A stretch of 63,327 nt of DNA, filler included, from Collodictyon triciliatum (Eukaryota), in NCBI GenBank assembly GCA_043381765.1. It is 5 parts of 5 records of this genome, joined end to end, with 100 filler letters (N's around TTAATTAATTAA, not from the genome) between each part and the next. Parts side by side here need not be neighbours in the genome. Positions count along the whole stretch, not along the records: positions 56,172 to 63,327 come from JBHJMP010001771.1; 4 more parts are not named here. One strand, 5' to 3'. Below, piece by piece: positions 57,166-63,327 of the stretch. A model generated the notes under the pieces. It searched no databases. It saw nothing but the letters and a program-made list of their open reading frames with translations, and was not told where the DNA came from. Made by a program: the position numbers and the translations under genes. Each line of letters starts with the position of its first letter. The first letter of the stretch is position 1.

Positions 57166-58547
57166 CTAGAAATTGTCATCGGTTGTGGTAAAACAGAAAA
57201 GAACGTGAATAAAAGCAGGTCATCCCTTAATCCACGAGATATTGCAAATTTGGTCGCTTTTGATGCGATTCTATTTATTTAAATTTTTTCGTATTTTCGA
57301 CGAATAAGCCAGCGTCTCTGTTTAGTGAGACTGATAAGAAAATAGTCGTGCCTTGATTTCGAATTAGACATGATTTATTAAGAAAAATAAATATATATGC
57401 TTGCATTGGATGATGGCCAATTTTTTTTAATTATTCATATTACTCAATTTTTACTTGGAGCCGCGTTAAGATTTATTCGGGAGGACTGAACCATTTGAGT
57501 TTTTGGTTTTCTTTTTTTCGTTCCCGCTATTCAAAGAGGAGCTATAATTCAAAAAATATTTCTTTTTACTACGGAACAGTTCGACTTTTTTATTTTTCAA
57601 AAGAAAAATGAGACCACCATGAATTCAAGCTGTTGGCAGATACGGAGAGTTAATCAATCATATCACATCCTTATCTTTTCTCTTTTTCCTTTCTGGTAGG
57701 TTAACACAATAAATTTTGTCATGCAAAACAGACATAACTTGTATTAACTGCATACTCTCTTTTGAAACAAAGAAAATATGCAAGCAATCAACTTTTCACG
57801 CAAGCCAAAACTTCACAAATGAGGTATCGCGGCGTATAAGTTCCTCGGAAAAAGCTCTCACTAACAGGCATTGTTTGCAAAACGAGTTTCGGTGAACCTG
57901 ATTGAAAAAACAAACAAACATTAATCTCATGGTATTGAATTTGAGAGAGGGCATTACTCCAAGATGATAATATTTTTATTATATCACGCTTTGTAGAATA
58001 AATTTACAACATGCTTTTGAACCAAGAATTTATACATGGTGATATCGATCTCCATGAGAAGCACGAGTTTCGGCAGGCTTCCAACGATGCAGAGCGCGCT
58101 GGTTACTTCGTTGTTGTGTGGCTTATGCCCTTTTCAAACTTTGATTCAAAGAATCATTTCTCATATGGTATGAATAAAATCTAAATGTTTGTGTGGCGAG
58201 CTTCGACCTTTTCGCATCTGATTCATGTCGAGTCTCTTACACTCCGCTCGTTTTCTCTCTAATCGGGTGAGCTTGTCTTTGCGGAGTCCAACCACAAAAC
58301 CACTACTGATGTGGGCGACTGGCCGTGCTCCAGACTGAAGTCACTTTTATACTATTGAATAATAAAAGGCATAAAAAAAAAGAAGAGAAAAATTGAATAA
58401 TAAACAAGAACCCTGTCTCGTAAAGACCACATGAGTATTGCTGTTTTTTTGGATTTTTTTTTTTTTTATTCATAGCGACGAGCTGAACACCGCCCCTTCA
58501 AGAGGATACCACGATAAGCTTAGAGATTAAAGAAAAAATCTTCGGCC

Positions 58548-60265
58548 ATGGACGAGCTTATTCGGTTGAAACCGGACTATTCTCCAGACGGCGTATTTTG
58601 TCGCTTGGTCTCTGCCACGGAAATGCATCTCCGTACAAAGAACATAGACGAGGCGCCCGAGGCTTTGTCGCTGATCACACGGCTTCGAATTTTAGTATTG
58701 GCTGGGAATATGGTGATCACTATGACTACTTTCCCTTTCCCTTTCTTTTCTTTCCTTTCCTTTCCCTTTCCCTTTCCTTTCCCTTTCCTCTCTCCATGAA
58801 ACTGTAGTCCATCTTGTTGATGCCATATGCAACCATGATACTAAATTGTATCTACTTACTTGATAGTTATCTACGCTTCCCTTATCATACACAGCTCTGA
58901 AGAAGCTAAACTATCTTGATTTAAATAGCAATCAGGTTTCCTTCAATGATTTCTTATCTAACCATTTCTTTTTTTTTTTCAGTGATGAACTAATAGTGTC
59001 TTACATAAGTTCCCTAGTGTCCCTCCATGTATTCGAGAGATGAAACAGTTAAGTGTTCTACGCATGGCCAACAATCCAGTATGCATCTCCCTGACCACTT
59101 CACTTATGATATAATACCGAAAAAAATGATAAACATAAATTAGCGGCCATAATGGATAATTAATTTAAAATTAAAATAACCATGAATGAAAGCCTACGAG
59201 AATAAAAACAAGGTTATGATTATACACATAGATAACAGAGATAGACCCCTGGATAATTGACTTGGGCCAGCTTAAAGTGTTTTACCTTTCTTTCGACAAA
59301 ACACGTCTAGCTTATGATATAGTCAGACATCTAGGAGACTCCATGCCGCCATGGGTATCTGATCCGCGTTACTTTTATATGGATAGTGAAGAAAGTTCAT
59401 CAGAGCCCAGATCAAGACAATTATCCATAGTAATACTCAAATACAACCCCACATCTCCAACCCGATTTTTTCTTATTGTTATCCAATTACATGAGGCTCG
59501 ATTGATGTGTAGTTTTTTTTTTTAAAAATGGTAAATTTAAACTAATATCACCGAAACAATATACATCAACTATCCGTGATGACCAGGAGAGCGGAACCGC
59601 ATGTATAATCTTAATTTTATAAGACTACTTATGTACGAGAATATACATCATCATGCCGTGATATAGTCTGAAAAAAAAATCGCTAATATCTACGGTAATT
59701 CTGAAATCAAAGCATTGAGTATTCAAACTGGTGATGGATTAGGTAGCATATGCCTTTAATGTATTTTTTTTTTAATAAACTGTTCTCCCTCAAATTATGT
59801 AATTTTTGAATAACATATTCCGTCATTTTAAGTCATAATTGCTTTACATGTTTTTATTTGCACCGGCAATATTTTCTAATTATTACTTACGTATGCAAAC
59901 TTATTCACTTCTATAATAATTATCACCAAAATTCAGACGCTTTCCCAGTAAGTCAAAATATCCATAATTTAATATAGAAAGGCCATTTTCTTAACACGTC
60001 TTTCATATTTATAATCTAAACCCTGGCAAATTAAATTTGAATTATTTTTAGACAGCTTTCGTTATCGCTGTAGCTACTCGGACAGGTATTTTTTTTTCAA
60101 TACTAGATTGATTCCATAATAATAGCGAAAGACTGTTGGTGATTGAAAACTCTGGTAGGTTCCACCGTCGATCAAGTGTCGTTCTCTTCAAATGATGTCA
60201 TGACGTACCTGGAAGAATATTCCACGTAAAGTTCCAGATAGTGTCTTTTCTTTTTTCTATATGCC

Positions 60266-60320
<55 letters not shown>

Positions 60321-63197
60321 TGCACCCTTCATCATACAATTTGTATATTTCATTTCAAATTTGTGTTTAAAAATCACTCTCAATGACCCTAGAGAACATT
60401 ACAAAGTCGAGTTAAATGAAAAAATTGCTATCATACCAAAGCACTGTGTCAAATTCGTCCCTCATCATCTTTTGAAGTTTTCCATAGCAGGTAAAATTAT
60501 TTGAATACTGAACACAATATATTAGCGAACCGCGCATTACAGCTTATTATTGAAACCATCTTTACTCTTACTCTTTTTTCTCTAACTTTCATAATTTTTT
60601 TTATTATTTATGCACTGTCATGCAATTTCGACTTATTCTTATTACACAATATAGACCAGCTCCGTAGAAATGAAAGTATCAAAGGGTTTCAAGTTCTTTT
60701 TAGGAAATCAGTAGGAAAATGATTATGAACTTATATACTATGTTTTTTTCATTTTCGCCCATAAACGAGTATGAGGTCAAGATTCTTTCTATGCTACTCC
60801 TTTAATTATTATTTATTTTTTTTTAAAAAAAAGGCCGGTATTTCATGCAGCAGTGTCAACTTATGTCTTTGTAATTCTATTTGTGGGATGTGTCTCTCCA
60901 CTGATACGGATATGCGATACCTACCATGCCAGCATATCTTTTGTTATGGATGTATTCAAAACGCTCTAGAGCGTTCTGGAGATTCGCCTCCCTATGCTTG
61001 TCCATATTGTCTTTACACTTTTCATATAGACTCAAAGTCTCTACGCAAGCTGCCTCGAAAATCAGCTAAACCTTCGATTCGCAATATTGCCCCCTCAACT
61101 GAAGAAGAGCTTCACGAAAGATTCTGGAAACATAACCAGTGTTCCGTGTTGGGTTGTAGCGACTTCCCCTCTCACATTTGTACATCATGTAAAGAAGGAG
61201 GTCTCTTTTGCGCAAAGCACACGAAAGACCATGATGAATTATTAGGAGATGTCCATAAAATGGAGTAAGTAATTAAAATATAATAAAATTATCAAGATTA
61301 TTCTGGAACAAGTGCATTTTTTTTATCTGAAAAAAAGGGCAGGACATCCCATTTATGTTTCCCAACAGTAAGATAACACCGTCCTCTCTCAGGGAATATC
61401 AAATGTCTCGTGCAGTAGGGCAAGTGCAATATAACAATAAATGTGAGATTCACCCGTACTCAAAAGTCAAGTATTATTGCATGAGTTGCCCTAAAACAAC
61501 ACTCAAGTGCATAGAATGTGTCATAGATGACCGAAGGAATGACAAGCCTTATACATATACCACCATCGAAGATTTTCCCTCACATCAAGAAAGTTTAATT
61601 GGTTCGCTATCAAATACTCTCGACGAAAAGATTGAGATTTTATCAAGTCAAATTAATCGCATCGATAGCCTTTTGGAAGAGGTAAATTCAAGTTTAGCTT
61701 CTTTTTTTTTCCCCCTTCTCTTTCTCTTTGTTCAAGTTACCATTTGAAGGAATAATATATTTTAATCACACTTGGCCTATTCTCAGAAATATGACACACG
61801 TGACAAGAAACAGAAAGATTTGAATATTCTTTTCGAACAACTTCAAATGCAGCTTTTAGCCTTGAAAGATAAGGCCTTAGAGCAGGTTTGATCGATTAAT
61901 AAACTATGCTTACACTCAAGGCATGCTCATTTATTCATTTTTAAAATACGAAGGAATAAAACTCATCAGAACCATTATCTCCGGATAGCTCTCAGATATA
62001 GGCAGCTTGGTAATCAAGCCATTAGAGGATAAAAAAGACTGTTTGAGAATGCAACTCGACCAAGCTATCTTAGCAAAAGAGGCATTGAAAAAAGCCCATG
62101 AAACTGTCCATATGGACTCTAAAGTCTATAGCCTTTTGCATGCAGTCAAGTTTGCTAATCAGGTCATGATGTCCAAAGCTGAAGATTCGCTTTTACTTAA
62201 CAGGCAATATATCGTTTCTCGGTTGCCATATGAGATTCTTGATGAACTTCAGAAACTGAATGAATCATTTATGTTTGGAATATCCTCACATGAATCCTCA
62301 GAGAGAGGTGCACATGACTCAAGCTCTAATCAGGCATGTATTCCTCGCAGTGTTATCGTGGTGGAGCCATCCAAGATGGCAACAACTCCACAATTCCAAC
62401 TGAAACAATCAAACATCCCAGAGAAACTGAAGCAACCATGGGGGATATGCACTCATCCAATGACTGGTGATGTATACATAACTGATGAGGATGCACAGAA
62501 AGTGATTCAATTCGACATGAATCTAAAATTCATAAAGTCAGAATCCACTGCGTCTGCTGTGCCAAGACCGCATCACGGACCAAGAGGCATCGCAATATCC
62601 AACTCTGGGAGAATCGCAATAGCAGACTGTGAGGGGCATTCTGTTAAGATTTACAACGACGAACTCGTCCTACTTCATGTAATTGGCGGTCAGAAAGGGC
62701 GTGAAATTCGTCAATTTAATCGACCTTATTCAGTTGCCTTTGACTCTATGGAGAACCTCTATGTTGCAGACTCTGGAAATGCAAGAGTTCAAAAGTTTGA
62801 TAGGACTGGGAAGCATCTACTGGCGATAGGAAATGCTCCAGAAAGCAATGGGATGCTCTGTTCGTTGGTTTGCGGGGTCATGGTTGATGATGAGGATAAG
62901 CTCTTTGTCTTGTGCACAGGTTCTAACCAAGTTCGAGTCTTCTCTGCAGACGGAATCTTTGAAAAGTATATAACTATCCCACGCTCCGTTGGTACAAAAA
63001 ATTATACAACCATTTTCCGCGGGCCGAGCGGATTCTTTGGATTGTGCGATAGTGAAGACGAGAGTATATCTTTCTACAATTACGATGGTATTATCCACCA
63101 CATAATGCAGCTAGACGATTGCAAGAGTGCGGTTTTTGGTTTGAAAGGTGTACTGTATGCTGTTAGTGCCTCAGATAAGTCAATATCTGTCTTCTAA
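58548..63197 (+). CDS. Multi-exon TRIM-NHL-like protein (RING, two B-boxes, coiled coil, NHL repeats), probably with N-terminal LRRs
   Basis: LRR exons at 58548-59400 (LRILVLAGNM|LSTLPLSYTALKKLNYLDLNSNQ); RING CGMC...LPCQHIFCYGC...CPYC; B-box-like CTSC...FCAKH..DH and CEIH...YYCMSC; NHL repeats PWGIC, GPRGIAIS and FNRPYSVAFDSMENLYVADSGNARVQKF. The LRR-RING connection is inferred. Confidence 0.75.
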
Positions 63198-63327
63198 TTA
63201 TCATAGTCGAACGCAGTAGCTGCCATGATGAATCCCTTCGGTATGAAAGTTAAAAAAAAAAAAAAAAAAAACCCATAAAAAAAAAAAAAAGGAAAACAAA
63301 AACAAAAAAAATTTTTTCTTTTTTTTT

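Overview
Intron-dense, AT-rich, microsatellite-rich genomic DNA from a eukaryote, probably a protist, using the standard genetic code. The window is not one locus: four artificial 100-bp linkers (N44-TTAATTAATTAA-N44) join five contigs, and the three complete ones are each about 14.8 kb. Genes I can read: an Asteroid/FAM120-like PIN protein, an NPHP3-like NACHT-TPR protein, an SDS22-type LRR protein, an intronless membrane protein, leishmanolysin (peptidase M8), Wee1 kinase, a very GC-rich GAPDH, two more LRR proteins, a coiled-coil/RING protein, an intronless FANCI-like gene and a probable LRR-RING-B-box-coiled-coil-NHL protein. Most notable: (1) a decayed Fanzor1-type (TnpB-related, RNA-guided nuclease) gene at about 33873-35756, missed by the ORF track, followed by hairpins that fit an omegaRNA; (2) tiny poly(A)-tailed insertions with target-site duplications, two of which share the 3' end TCGAATAAAGG(A)n on different contigs, one inside the Fanzor; (3) an in-frame AT-AC (U12-type) intron at 14739-14882, implying a minor spliceosome. 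All family calls come from motif recognition by eye. No searches were run, and gene boundaries are approximate.
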